A DNA stretch of 64,000 nt from Octopus vulgaris (taxonomy: Eukaryota), in the NCBI GenBank assembly GCA_951406725.2, contig OX597814.1, positions 32,612,001 to 32,676,000 of the forward strand, read 5' to 3'. Under the pieces are notes generated by a model that saw nothing but the letters and a program-made list of their open reading frames with translations, made no database searches and had not been told where the DNA came from. Shown piece after piece: positions 12,158-23,391 of this stretch. Position numbers and translations under genes: made by a program. Numbering within the stretch: the first letter of the stretch is position 1; the number at the start of each line of letters is the position of its first letter.

Positions 12158-12782
12158 AGGATGTTTGTATATGTATATAGATATGTACACATTCGTATAG
12201 ATATGTGTGCCTGTGTACGTATATATTATATATATATATATATAAACATGTATATATATATACATATATATATAGAGAGAGATATGCATATATATATGCA
12301 TATATATTAGAGAAGCTAAGCAAACAAGTAGAGATTGTAAAAACTTGTGCGTATGTATACCCGTATATGTGTGTATATTTCTTTGTATATATGGTAGATA
12401 CAGACCTATATACAAGTATCTATAATGTATGCACAAGTACAGATGAGTTAAATTAATTTCCTCCGGCTGCCTTCGCCATTCATTTATAATAAGCAAAATC
12501 AAATAGTATAAACGGATCTAAAATTTAAAAAATTTTAAATAATAAAAGGAATGAAAGAAAAAAGGAAGTTAATTTACTTTGTAAATTTACTATGATTGTT
12601 TATTGAAGTAAGATGCACTCGTGAGTTTCGTGTTAGAAAACTAATTAAAATTGAAATTAGCTAAATGAGCTGAAATCTTGTTAATAGTTACCATCATAGC
12701 TTGCTCGTCATTGCATTTTACGATAAAGAAGAAATTGAGGGAATCATATATACATGCTGTGTTGCTGCCATCGTCGTCCTTC

Positions 12783-12862
<80 letters not shown>

Positions 12863-12921
12863 GGTGGTGGTGGTGGTGTTGTTGTTGTTGTTGTTGTTTT
12901 TATTGTTGTTGTTGTTGTTGT
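12783..12921. repeat. (GTT)n(GGT)n(GTT)n trinucleotide microsatellite
   Basis: Direct reading. Confidence 0.95.
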
Positions 12922-13154
12922 TTCTGCTGTTTTTTAAGCCTTAGGTTCGCACCTGAACAATATCGTTCACTGAGAAGTTATCAGTAAACGTCCGAGTTGG
13001 TAATTTAGCTTCAAAATATAATGCATACATACGCGCGAGTGCATACATAAATATAAACACACACTCACTCTCGCACTCTCTCACTCTCTCTCTCTTTCTC
13101 ACTCACATACACACACACACACACTCACATTCACACACATATGCACACACACAC

Positions 13155-13207
<53 letters not shown>

Positions 13208-13231
13208 CATATGTATGTATATACATATATA

Positions 13232-13390
13232 CAGGCGTGGCTGTGTGATGATAAATTTGCATCTCAATTACATGATACCTGGTTCAGTCCCACTGCGTGA
13301 CACCTTGGCCAAGTGTCCTCTACTATAGCCTGGGACCCACCAAAGCTTTGTACGTGAATTTGGTAGACGGAAATTGAAAGAAACCTGTCG
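13232..13390 (+). mobile_element. SINE family A, 5' half (3' half at ~15345-15400); split by a Penelope insertion
   Basis: Matches 5128-5285; SINE sequence resumes with ttgacaaccga...taacttagcgg after the PLE. Confidence 0.8.
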
Positions 13391-13408
13391 TATATATATA
13401 TCTGGACA

Positions 13409-13452
<44 letters not shown>

Positions 13453-13454
<2 letters not shown>

Positions 13455-15115
13455 TTGTTGTTCAAGATTTTTTATGTGAAGTTGTGTGTTGAAACAGATA
13501 TTGTTATATTTCGGAATGGTCATTTTGCAACGATACTAGTAATAATAATAATAAATCAAACAAAAAATCTTTTAAATTAAATAAAAAAACAAACTTATAT
13601 AGTTATTTATTTCTATTTGTTTATTTATCTGTGTATTTTATTTATTATGTTTTCGGTTTTGTTTATATTGTAACCAGTTTATTGGGATCCTCTACCGTCA
13701 TATGTAGTGGTGTGTGCTAGTGTTCCATTCTAGTCTCCTATTCAGGCTAGGTTTATTTTCTATTATGTGTATAGCTTCTGTAATTTGTCTGATTGTTGCA
13801 TCTGTTCTATGTCTGGACAATATTTTAATTTCTATGTTGTTGATTGATCCCCGTGTTCCTGTTCGGCGTGTTGGCACAGAATCGATGAGCTTTTACCTTC
13901 CTTGAGTTCTCTCCAATATTCATTTACCCGCTCTCCTATGCTTCTTGCCGTTTCCCCTACTTATGTCGTTGTCTTGTTACTGCATCGTCCCTCTATACAT
14001 CTTATACTATAGACCACATTTCTGGCTTTACAGTTTGTTTGTGGGCTAAATCTACATACAGTACAGTACTTATCCGTACAGGGGATTCTACTAAAAGGAT
14101 AGGTTCTACCGATTATAGATTTGATAGGGTTGCCTGGCTTTTCAACAACCTTAATCCTTAGCTTAAGTTTGTCCACGGTCCTTCTAAAGCGGTACGCCAG
14201 TTCACCTCCAGAGGTGGTGTCAACGAACATGACACTCTGGTATTTATGGCTATCATACCAAGAGTTGGCCTTCCTTATTTTCTTTTTTGTCCTTTCTATA
14301 GTGTTCCATGACTTGTTCCTATAGAGTGGGCAAATGCCATTCCTATCATTACATAATATATTATCAAATTTCTTCATGGCTACTTTGTATACTCTGATCC
14401 TTTCTTTATGGCTGTAACCAGAGAACTGCATGCGGTGAATGAAATATTGTATGTGTCTCTTTAACTCTGTAGGCTCGCTCATGCGTGACACATTTTTCAT
14501 TATTCTGACGAGGTCTACCATCAAAATATTGAATTTGGCATTGTCCGCAATGGCTGAGTTCCGGTGGATCAAGTATTTTGAGGCCATAGGTTTGGCATAG
14601 TACGAATGAAGGATTTGGGTTTTATTATTCACAATTTCTAGCCAGAGTTCTGTGTCTAGTACTGGTAGTATATAGTTTGGGTGTTTAGTGGGGTAGACTA
14701 TTGTGACCTTAATACACTGCTGGATGGAGTTAGCTATTTGCTGGATGCTCTCCATAGTATTAGTTTCTATTACTATATCAACAGTACTCTCTTGTGGGGG
14801 TGCCTTTACCACTATGTTGATATCATCAACATAGCGAGAGTTCATGTTTACGAGTATGGAGTTCTGTGTTAGGCGTTCTTTAAGCCTTCTGTCCCACCAT
14901 ACCATGAAAAGGTTGGCCACATCACCAGCGATACTAACGCCGATGGCTGCCCACTCGTCCTGGGCATATATTTTATTGTTAAACTTAAACTTGTGGATTT
15001 TTAGGGTAACTCTTATACTAGCTCCTAGTGCATATGCGATCATTTTTTTTTACACAAAATATATAATGCGTGTGTTTTTATTGGCTAAACTGGCAAAATG
15101 ACCATTCCGAAATAT

Positions 15116-15120
<5 letters not shown>
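13453..15120 (-). mobile_element. 5'-truncated Penelope-like retroelement (RT plus C-terminal GIY-YIG endonuclease) with an inverted pLTR piece at its 5' end
   Basis: RT and endonuclease motifs; 28-bp inverted repeat 13501-13528 / 15093-15120; flanked by (TA)n. Confidence 0.9.
13705..15043 (-). pseudogene. Penelope-like RT/GIY-YIG ORF remnant
   Basis: GVSIAGDVANLFM, RYVDD, YYAKPMAS, FSGYS, Cys-rich linker, NVVYSIRC; after the TAA stop it continues VGETARSIGERVNE...EAIHIIENKPSLNRRLEW; the paralog at 33138-33388 has Tyr at the stop position. Confidence 0.9.
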
Positions 15121-15188
<68 letters not shown>

Positions 15189-15247
15189 CACATATATATA
15201 TATACATATATATATATATACATACATATATACACACACACACACAC

Positions 15248-15291
<44 letters not shown>

Positions 15292-15318
15292 ATATATATA
15301 TATGTATATATATATATG

Positions 15319-15349
<31 letters not shown>

Positions 15350-15704
15350 TTGTTTGACAACCGACCTTGGTGTATTTACGTTCCTGTAACTTAGCGGTTT
15401 CAGTCAAACCGTCTAACCCATGTCAACATCAGAATGTTGACGTTATATGATGAGGATGGTGATGATGACGATGATGTTGATGATGATAATATATTGTTTG
15501 TATTAAATACTATAATATATCAAATATGTAAAATATGTAAATTAAATCTTTACCTTATTATATGTAACTATATAATTCATATATATGCATCATAAGTATG
15601 CATATATAGGCACATACACACACATATATGGAGATAGATAGAACGATAGATAGAGAGAGAGAGAAAGAGGTTGATAGATAAATAGATAGATAGGTAGATT
15701 GATT

Positions 15705-15939
<235 letters not shown>

Positions 15940-16401
15940 GTAACAAAAGAAAACAAATAATTGATATTTAGATACCGACATTTTACATTCATTTCAATAA
16001 TTCTATGCATAACAATAATTTTAAAAATTATTTCATGCGCACAATATACTAGAAATATAGCAACATCTTCAATGCTGCTCATATATAGGAGAATAACTAC
16101 CTCAAATCATATGAAAAAAAAATGAAAAAAATGGTATCAAAAACGATAAAGTACATGGTCAGTTCCAATATAATACTTTTACTCTTTTACTCTTTTACTT
16201 GTTTCAGTCATTTGACTGCGGCCATGCTGGAGCACCGCCTTTAGACGAGCAACTCGACCCCGGGACTTATTCTTTTTGTAAGCCCAGTACTTATTCTATC
16301 AGTCTCTTTTTGCCGAACCGCTAAGTGACGGGGACGTAAACACACCAGCATCGGTTGTCAAGCAATGCTAGGGGAACAAACACAGACACACAAACACACA
16401 C

Positions 16402-16444
<43 letters not shown>

Positions 16445-16527
16445 GGTCCCGGGTTGATTCGGGGTTAACCACAATAAATAAGGTACTCAATACATAGCAG
16501 AGTAAAAATAATTTATTATATAGAAGG

Positions 16528-16578
16528 AGCTTCTACAGGACTAGAACTGTTTCATTCAAGAGAAATCTTCAGGAAGCT
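16528..16578 (-). ncRNA. Type I hammerhead ribozyme (left-arm copy)
   Basis: Exact reverse complement of 17541-17591. Confidence 0.8.
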
Positions 16579-17540
16579 AGTTAACAAGAATTGTATTGGC
16601 ATTTATACATTTAGGCAGGTTTAAAGGGGTGTTGGTGGGGGACATTTTGGGGGTAGGCATATGCAAAATATCATACTTGGGGAGTGGTCAAGGAATCAGT
16701 GTTAAATTAGATTAAATTAGATAGAAGAATAAATAAAAAGATAAAAAAATATATATAAAAAAAGGGAATAGGGTTTTAGGTAAATAAGGAGATTCTCACT
16801 TATACCTATGCACATATGTATACATATATACACACACATACAAACATATATACATATACATACACACATACACACACACACATATATATACATATATATA
16901 CACTTACACATACATATACATATCTACACATTCACATATATATGTATACATACACACACTCACATGCATACACGTATACACGCATGTATATATACACACA
17001 CGACCACACATACATATACACACAGAAAAATATATATACACATATTGTGTATGTGTGTGTGTGTATGTGTGTGTATGTGTATATATATTTTTCTGTGTGT
17101 ATATGTATGTGTGGTCGTGTGTGTATATATACATGCGTGTATACGTGTATGCATGTGAGTGTGTGTATGTATACATATATATGTGAATGTGTAGATATGT
17201 ATATGTATGTGTAAGTGTATATATATGTATATATATGTGTGTGTGTGTATGTGTGTATGTATATGTATATATGTTTGTATGTGTGTGTATATATGTATAC
17301 ATATGTGCATAGGTATAAGTGAGAATCTCCTTATTTACCTAAAACCCTATTCCCTTTTTTTATATATATTTTTAATCTTTTTATTTATTCTTCTATCTAA
17401 TTTAATCTAATTTAACACTGATTCCTTGACCACTCCCCCAAGTATGATATTTTGCGCTATGCCTACCCCCAAAAAGTCCCCCACCAACACCCCTTTAAAC
17501 CTGCCTAAATGTATAAATGCCAATACAATTCTTGTTAACT

Positions 17541-17591
17541 AGCTTCCTGAAGATTTCTCTTGAATGAAACAGTTCTAGTCCTGTAGAAGCT
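17541..17591 (+). ncRNA. Type I hammerhead ribozyme
   Basis: agcttc-CTGAAGA-t ttc tctt gaa t-GAAA-cag ttctagtc ctg-TA-gaagct; stems I, II and III pair; GUA cleavage triplet. Confidence 0.8.
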
Positions 17592-18088
17592 CCTTCTATA
17601 TAATAAATTATATATATATATATATATATACGACAGGCTTCTTTCAGTTTCCTTCTACCAAATCCACTCACAAGGCATTGGTCGGCCCGGGGCTATAGCA
17701 GAAGACACCTGCCCAAGATGCCACGCAGTGGGACTGAACCCGGAACCATGTGATTGGTTAGCAAGCTACTTACCGCACAGCCACTCCTGCGCCTATGGTC
17801 AGTTTCTATTTAGAACATAAGAATGGTAAAATAAGAAAAAGAAACAATAAATATCAATATGAAGCAATAACAAACGATCGAAGATCCACTAATAAAATAG
17901 CTACGTAGCTCTCGTTCACATGACACGATACGTCCGGTTGTATGTATGATAACTATAAAGTCGTCATCAGCTCAGCAGTGGCACTAATTTATCTCCAGTA
18001 GATGGAGGAGATAAGTTAGACATATATAAAAAAGGGGAGCAATACATCTATGGCCTAGGTCATTTGCATAAATAATACTAGTGCATGT

Positions 18089-18185
18089 GTGGAGGCGCAA
18101 TGGCCCAGTGGTTAGGGCAGCGGACTCGTATATTTTACCCCAGGGTCACTTTGATGGCATGCACTGCTCTCTCACTCAATAATGA
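18089..18185 (+). mobile_element. SINE family C head joined to a different short tail ending in (AAT)n-like repeats
   Basis: gtggaggcgcaatggcccagtggttagggcagcggactcg is nearly identical to the head at 45675-45714 (-). Confidence 0.6.
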
Positions 18186-18269
18186 TAGTGATAATAATAA
18201 TAATAGTAACAATATTAATAATACGAACCAATCCCCTAATACCATAAGTAGTACAGCATCATCCCTTTC

Positions 18270-18680
18270 TACAACTAACCCACGTAAGCCAGCTGCAACT
18301 ACCGGCTTGGAACCGAATGCCCGCTGCAAGCTGATTGCAGAAGGTTTAACGTGGTATATAAATGCATTGTACACAGCATATTACACAACTCTGCTAGCCA
18401 TTACATCGGGTCTACTATTAATTTTAAGCAGAGGTATTCTGTACATCTAGACTCATTTAAATATGAGGAGCATAGCAAATCCACGTCCCTAGCCAACCGC
18501 ATACACCATCTGATAAATAAGAAAATAAGACATAGGGTATCCTGGGCGATAATAGAATCTGGAGTCTAATACCAAGGCCAGCACTCCACGTGTAGGCTCT
18601 GCCTGAAACGAGCTCTCCAAATATTAATTCATAATTCAACATAGTTACTCAATAAACAACACGAGGCGCCTGTTGATGTA
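18270..18680 (+). pseudogene. Penelope-like GIY-YIG endonuclease remnant (second PLE lineage)
   Basis: CNYRLGTECPLQADCRRFNVVYKCIV...HYIGSTINFKQRYSVHLDSFK...STSLA...WAIIE...CRLCL...LLNK with in-frame stops. Confidence 0.8.
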
Positions 18681-18842
18681 TCACGCCTTTAAATTCTTCC
18701 ATAGGTCCAAATGCAAACAAAATCAACACTTATGACTCTTGACTAGTAGCTGCTTTGGCCAGTTAGAAACGATGTTTCTTCAGTGAGCCGCCGAACAGCT
18801 CTGCTAGTCACTGTTTGGCAACTGGAGAGGTATAAGAGAATT

Positions 18843-19226
18843 GTGGAGGTGCAATGACCCAGTGGTTAGGGCAGCGGACTCGCGGTCATAGGATCGCGGT
18901 TTCGATTCCCAGACCGGGCGTTGTGAGTGTTTATTGAGAAAAAACACCTAAAGCTCCACGAGGCTCCGACAGGGGATGGTGGTGATCCCTGCTGTACTCT
19001 TTCACCACAACTTTCTCTCACTCTTACTTCCTGTTTCTGTTGTACCTGTATTTCAAGGGGCCGGCCTTGTCACTCTCTGTGTCACGCTGAATATCCCCGA
19101 GAACTGCGTTAAGGGTACACGTGTCTGTGGAGTGCTCAGCCACTTACACGTTAATTTCACGAGCAGGCTGTTCCGTTGATTCGGATCAACCGGAACCCTC
19201 GTCGTCGTAACCGACGGAGTGCTTCC
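18843..19226 (+). mobile_element. SINE family C (tRNA-Arg-like head), full length with 11-bp target duplication
   Basis: ATAAGAGAATT at 18832-18842 and 19227-19237; near-identical to 45325-45714. Confidence 0.9.
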
Positions 19227-19999
19227 ATAAGAGAATTAAGCTCTTCGATAACGTCGCAGCACCGCCTACGCAGTGGCCGTGACCGAAGAGGAGATAACTA
19301 CGCCTAAATACTTACATCTCATCATCTGGGTAGACAGCGCTGCGAGCTGATATAGGTGTATACACACCACGGTTGAAATAATATATGTCCGTTTTGTTTT
19401 TCTTTCCATCTCTATAAACATAAGTATCTTAGAAGCTAACTAGCTGCAATAATTCTTTTAATTTTTGAATTTTGAATTTTTAATTTTCAATTTTCAATTT
19501 TAATTTTTTAATCAATCATTTATTTTTCAATTTTTATTCCATAATTCTTATCGTTTATACATTTAATTGTATTTTATTCTATATACATTCACTTACCATA
19601 AGCTCTATTTTTAGCTATCCCTACTGACCACTGAACTAAATTATATTTCTGACCACACCGAACCTATTTAATTGATAGTTATAAATGCCTTCCTCCTCCA
19701 CTTTACCAAAGCTATAACGCCTGACCACTCGCCCCTAAAATACCCTTATTAAGAATAATACTGGCATCTTATTTTTATCTTTTTGTTTTTTTTTATTTTA
19801 TTTTACTTTCGCCCTCATTCATTTTTTTCCACACCTATCCCATTCTTTTCTTTTCTCTCTTCCTCTCTCTCTCACTCATTCACTCACAACCCATATCTGT
19901 CTATCATGATGCCTGTCTTTCTCACACTATATACCCAGGTGGACCATTTTCATACTATCTAATCACTTAATTCTATTCCTTCAGCATTAACTCAACATT

Positions 20000-21335
20000 T
20001 AGTCCGACCACTCCACTTCTCAGATCTTCCCTAACCGACCCCTCCCCTCCTTCAAACGAGCCCACAACCTACGTGACCTCTTGGTCCACAGCTTTTCCCC
20101 TAACCCAACCTCCTAACCCGGCTCGTTCCCCTGCTCCCGCCCACCCTGCCGCACTTGCCCTTACCTCACCAACAGCTCCCTCCTCACTGGTACCCATCAT
20201 CGACCCTATCATATCACCGACTCCTTCACCTGCACTTCTACCAATGTCATCTACTGCATATCCTGATCTCTCTGTCCTTCTGTATACATCGGGCAAACGG
20301 GACGACGCTTGGCTGACTGGCTTGCGGAACACCTCCGAGACATCCGACTCGGCAATGACACCCCAGTCTCGCGCCATTTCCGCTCTACCAGTCACTCTTT
20401 GCAACACTTGTCTGTGTTCGGATTGTCCTTGCACAGGAGCCATCCGGACTCACATTTGCGCCGTGAACAAGGGTTAATCTTCTCTCTTTGCTCATTTGTG
20501 CCACATGTACTCAACTCTCTTCCCGTCTTCATCTAACCTCCTCCCGTCTCCTATTTTCCCTTCACACCTACTTCCTCCCGCCCACCTCTCCTCTCTTGCT
20601 CCGATGCCTACTTCTCTTCACTCCTACTCTCCTTCTCTGTTATCTTCACTCCTACCCACCTTCTCTCTTCCTCCTCACCCTTCATCGTCACCACTCCCAC
20701 GTAACCCCACCCCTACACAATCCAACCCCACCCTCCTTATCCATCCCATCCCGCCCCACCCCATCCCTTACACCTACTCCCACTTACTCCACCTTTACCC
20801 CCACCATCAGCCTAATCCACACCCCACCATTGCTTTCCCTTCTTTCGCTTTCCCATCTCCTAACACCATCACACAACACCACACACCACTACACCATACA
20901 CCACCATACCACACAACACCACATCACATCACATCACACCACCACGCACACACTACCAGTGACCACTTCCCAACCCCACATACACACCTACACATGCACA
21001 CACGCAGACGTCAAGGTCACCAGCCCTCTTCCACACGCACATATATACTTTCTTATATACAGGCACATGCATCTTCGTTTTGGGATCATCACTACTTTAT
21101 TATTTCCCTTTCTTCCTAGCTCTCCTGTGTGACCCCTCTATCCGGCATTCGCCATGATAGATCGCTGGCCACTACGGATTCCTTATTTACTCTCCTTGTT
21201 TCTTTTTGTGTTCCTTTCTGTTGAAGAGCGTAGGCTCGAAACATTAAAGAATTTTTCACTTTCCGAGCGTTATAATAATACATCTGCTTGTTGTCTACAC
21301 CACCTGTCTTCGTCTTTTTTTTGTGAATTCTCCCT
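20000..21335 (+). mobile_element. Neptune-type Penelope-like element 3' fragment (linker, GIY-YIG, C-rich 3' UTR, pLTR)
   Basis: FKRAHNLRDLLVHS, CSRPPCRTC, FTCTSTNVIYCIS*SLCPSVYIGQTGRRLADWLAEHLRDIR; stop at 20536; HHR-like motif at 21214-21249. Confidence 0.9.
21214..21249 (+). ncRNA. Minimal HHR-like motif, variant core CUGUUGA
   Basis: cttt-CTGTTGA-a-gagc gtag gctc-GAAA-ca-TT-aaag; TGTTGA core recurs in the copy at 62036-62166 (-). Confidence 0.5.
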
Positions 21336-22769
21336 ATACATACATATACATATATATATATATATATATAATATATGCATTTATCGTCATACAAACTCCG
21401 CCAGTGCAGCATCGAAGAATAGTGCTTTATTTAGCGATCCGGAAACAATGAAAAGCAAAGATGATAACAGCGTGATTTGAACTGAGAGCTTAGAGAGCCA
21501 GAACAAATAACACTATTTTGTAGCTTAGGCTCTGGTGACACTGCCAATTTGATACTTCGAGGTTTCTGCTAATATTCATATAATCGGGCACTGAGTGCAA
21601 GTGTTGCGCATATAACACTTGCCTATGTGTTAATAACTATGTATGTATGCATGACTGAAAAGAGAGAGGTGGGGTGAAAGAGAGAAAGTGAGAAATCTAA
21701 GAAAGAGATATGTGAGAGAAAGGAAATTGAGAGAAAGTGTATGTATCTGTGTGTATGTGTGTGTTTATGTATGTACACAACACTTCACGTTGATTCGCCA
21801 TTAAATATTATATAGTTGCTCACAACTATAGTAATAGAGAACTGCCAGTCTCATATATTCATGTTTGATAAGGGAATTATGAGCCAAGAATTTCTATAGA
21901 AATACCCAATATTGCCCGTAGTTATAATTGCAACCTAAATGCAACAACAATATTACATTTTCTTATCAATCAAGTAATCAATTAGCTAGGCTGGGTATTC
22001 TATGATTGTTGTACTGATTTCTCTCTTGAAATAAAATTACTCAAGATTTTTGATGCGAGAAACGAAATTCAATCGGGAATGTTTCAAAATGATGTCAGAA
22101 CTGAAATGTAAACGAGAAAAAAATAACTATATTTTTATTGTCGATTAGGAGTGATGTACTGAAAGACGTATGGAAAAATTCTCAATTAATTGAAAATCTT
22201 TCCGTGGTAGGAGAATCAAAGCGAAAAACCTAGACTTAATAATTAAATTATTATCGACTCTCAAAGAGAAGGCAAATGATTTTGAAAAATAATTTCCCAA
22301 ATTTAATTAACATGCTTAAGGAAAATTCTGACGTTTGATGTTGGTTAGTAGGCAAGGTGACAGCTTCGGACATGTTTCAAACTTAGTGGACGTCGTCAGA
22401 AAAACATTAAGCAAATTGAGCTTGTCTTTTTATGGCATCATAAATATTAGAATTAGAAAAAGAAATACGAGTAGTCAACTATCGTATTAATTTGTTTAAT
22501 TAGAAAATATAAGGAGGTAAGGTAAATATCTCAAGTAGGAAATTGGCATGAATTTAGATATATCAAATAAGGAGAAATATACAGAGTGACATACAAAAAT
22601 AATTATAAATCAATTGGAAAATTATTTCATTGACGGAGGAAAACAAAACCCTAGCGGCAATTATTAGGAACTTTCAAAGGGAACATAATTTCAAAGAAGT
22701 AGAGCTAGGTTTCCAAAACGATTATAAATAGGTCAGGGTAATTTTCATTTTTGTAGACAAGCCACAAAA

Positions 22770-22915
22770 CAGTTCTGAGTTCAAACTTCGCAGGCGTTGA
22801 CTTTGCTTTTCATCTTTCGAGGTCGATAAAATAAGTACCACTAGAACACTGGGGTCGATCCAATCGACTTAGTTTCTTCGCTAAAACTGCCGGCTTTTTG
22901 CCACCAAATTTGAAG
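22770..22915 (+). mobile_element. SINE family B fragment
   Basis: gttctgagttcaaa, gactttgcttttcatctttcgaggtcgataaaataagtacc. Confidence 0.75.
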
Positions 22916-22916
22916 C

Positions 22917-22949
<33 letters not shown>

Positions 22950-23111
22950 AACATACTTTCTCAGTGATACTCAGTTTACCTACCATTATAAATAATACCA
23001 AATGTTCTTTCTCAAGCCTTTCATAATGTGATACAAGTCTTTGGTGTACCACCACCACCACCACCACCACAATCACTACTATTACTACTACTAATAATAA
23101 TAATAATAATG

Positions 23112-23181
<70 letters not shown>

Positions 23182-23183
<2 letters not shown>

Positions 23184-23390
23184 TAGGAGGGGCATCTTCC
23201 AAAGGGACTGCCTGTCCCTACTGATATTTGTACTCTGCTTCATACCACTAAAACTGATTCTGAGGAAAGCAAAAGATGGGTGTGTATTCAAAAGCCGCCA
23301 ACTGAAAGTCAACCATTTGTTATTCATGGATAACCTATAACGTTATGATAAAGGTGAAGCTCAAGTCAGTTCCCTCGTTGATACGGTGTG
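23182..23390 (+). mobile_element. R4/Dong-clade LINE RT fragment abutting (TAA)n
   Basis: IRRGIFQRDCLSLLIFVLCFIPL...KVNHLLFMDNL; Dong elements are known to target TAA repeats. Confidence 0.7.
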
Positions 23391-23391
23391 A

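Larger units (their letters stand above)
16441..17610. mobile_element. Penelope-like 3'-UTR/pLTR palindrome (~536-bp arms, ~29-nt spacer)
   Basis: 16509-17044 is the reverse complement of 17074-17610 with only a few differences; left arm has a 68-nt extra tail; HHR in each arm. Confidence 0.8.
16176..17795 (-). mobile_element. SINE family A (3' half 16176-16420, 5' half 17628-17795) interrupted by a 1.17-kb PLE foldback
   Basis: Both halves match the reverse complement of 5128-5520. Confidence 0.85.

Noticed and set aside
12678-12987. Poly-Leu, poly-Val and poly-Cys ORFs
   Set aside because: Arise from the (GTT)n(GGT)n microsatellite
18843-18915. tRNA-like sequence
   Set aside because: It is the head of a SINE with target duplications and several copies; not called as a tRNA gene
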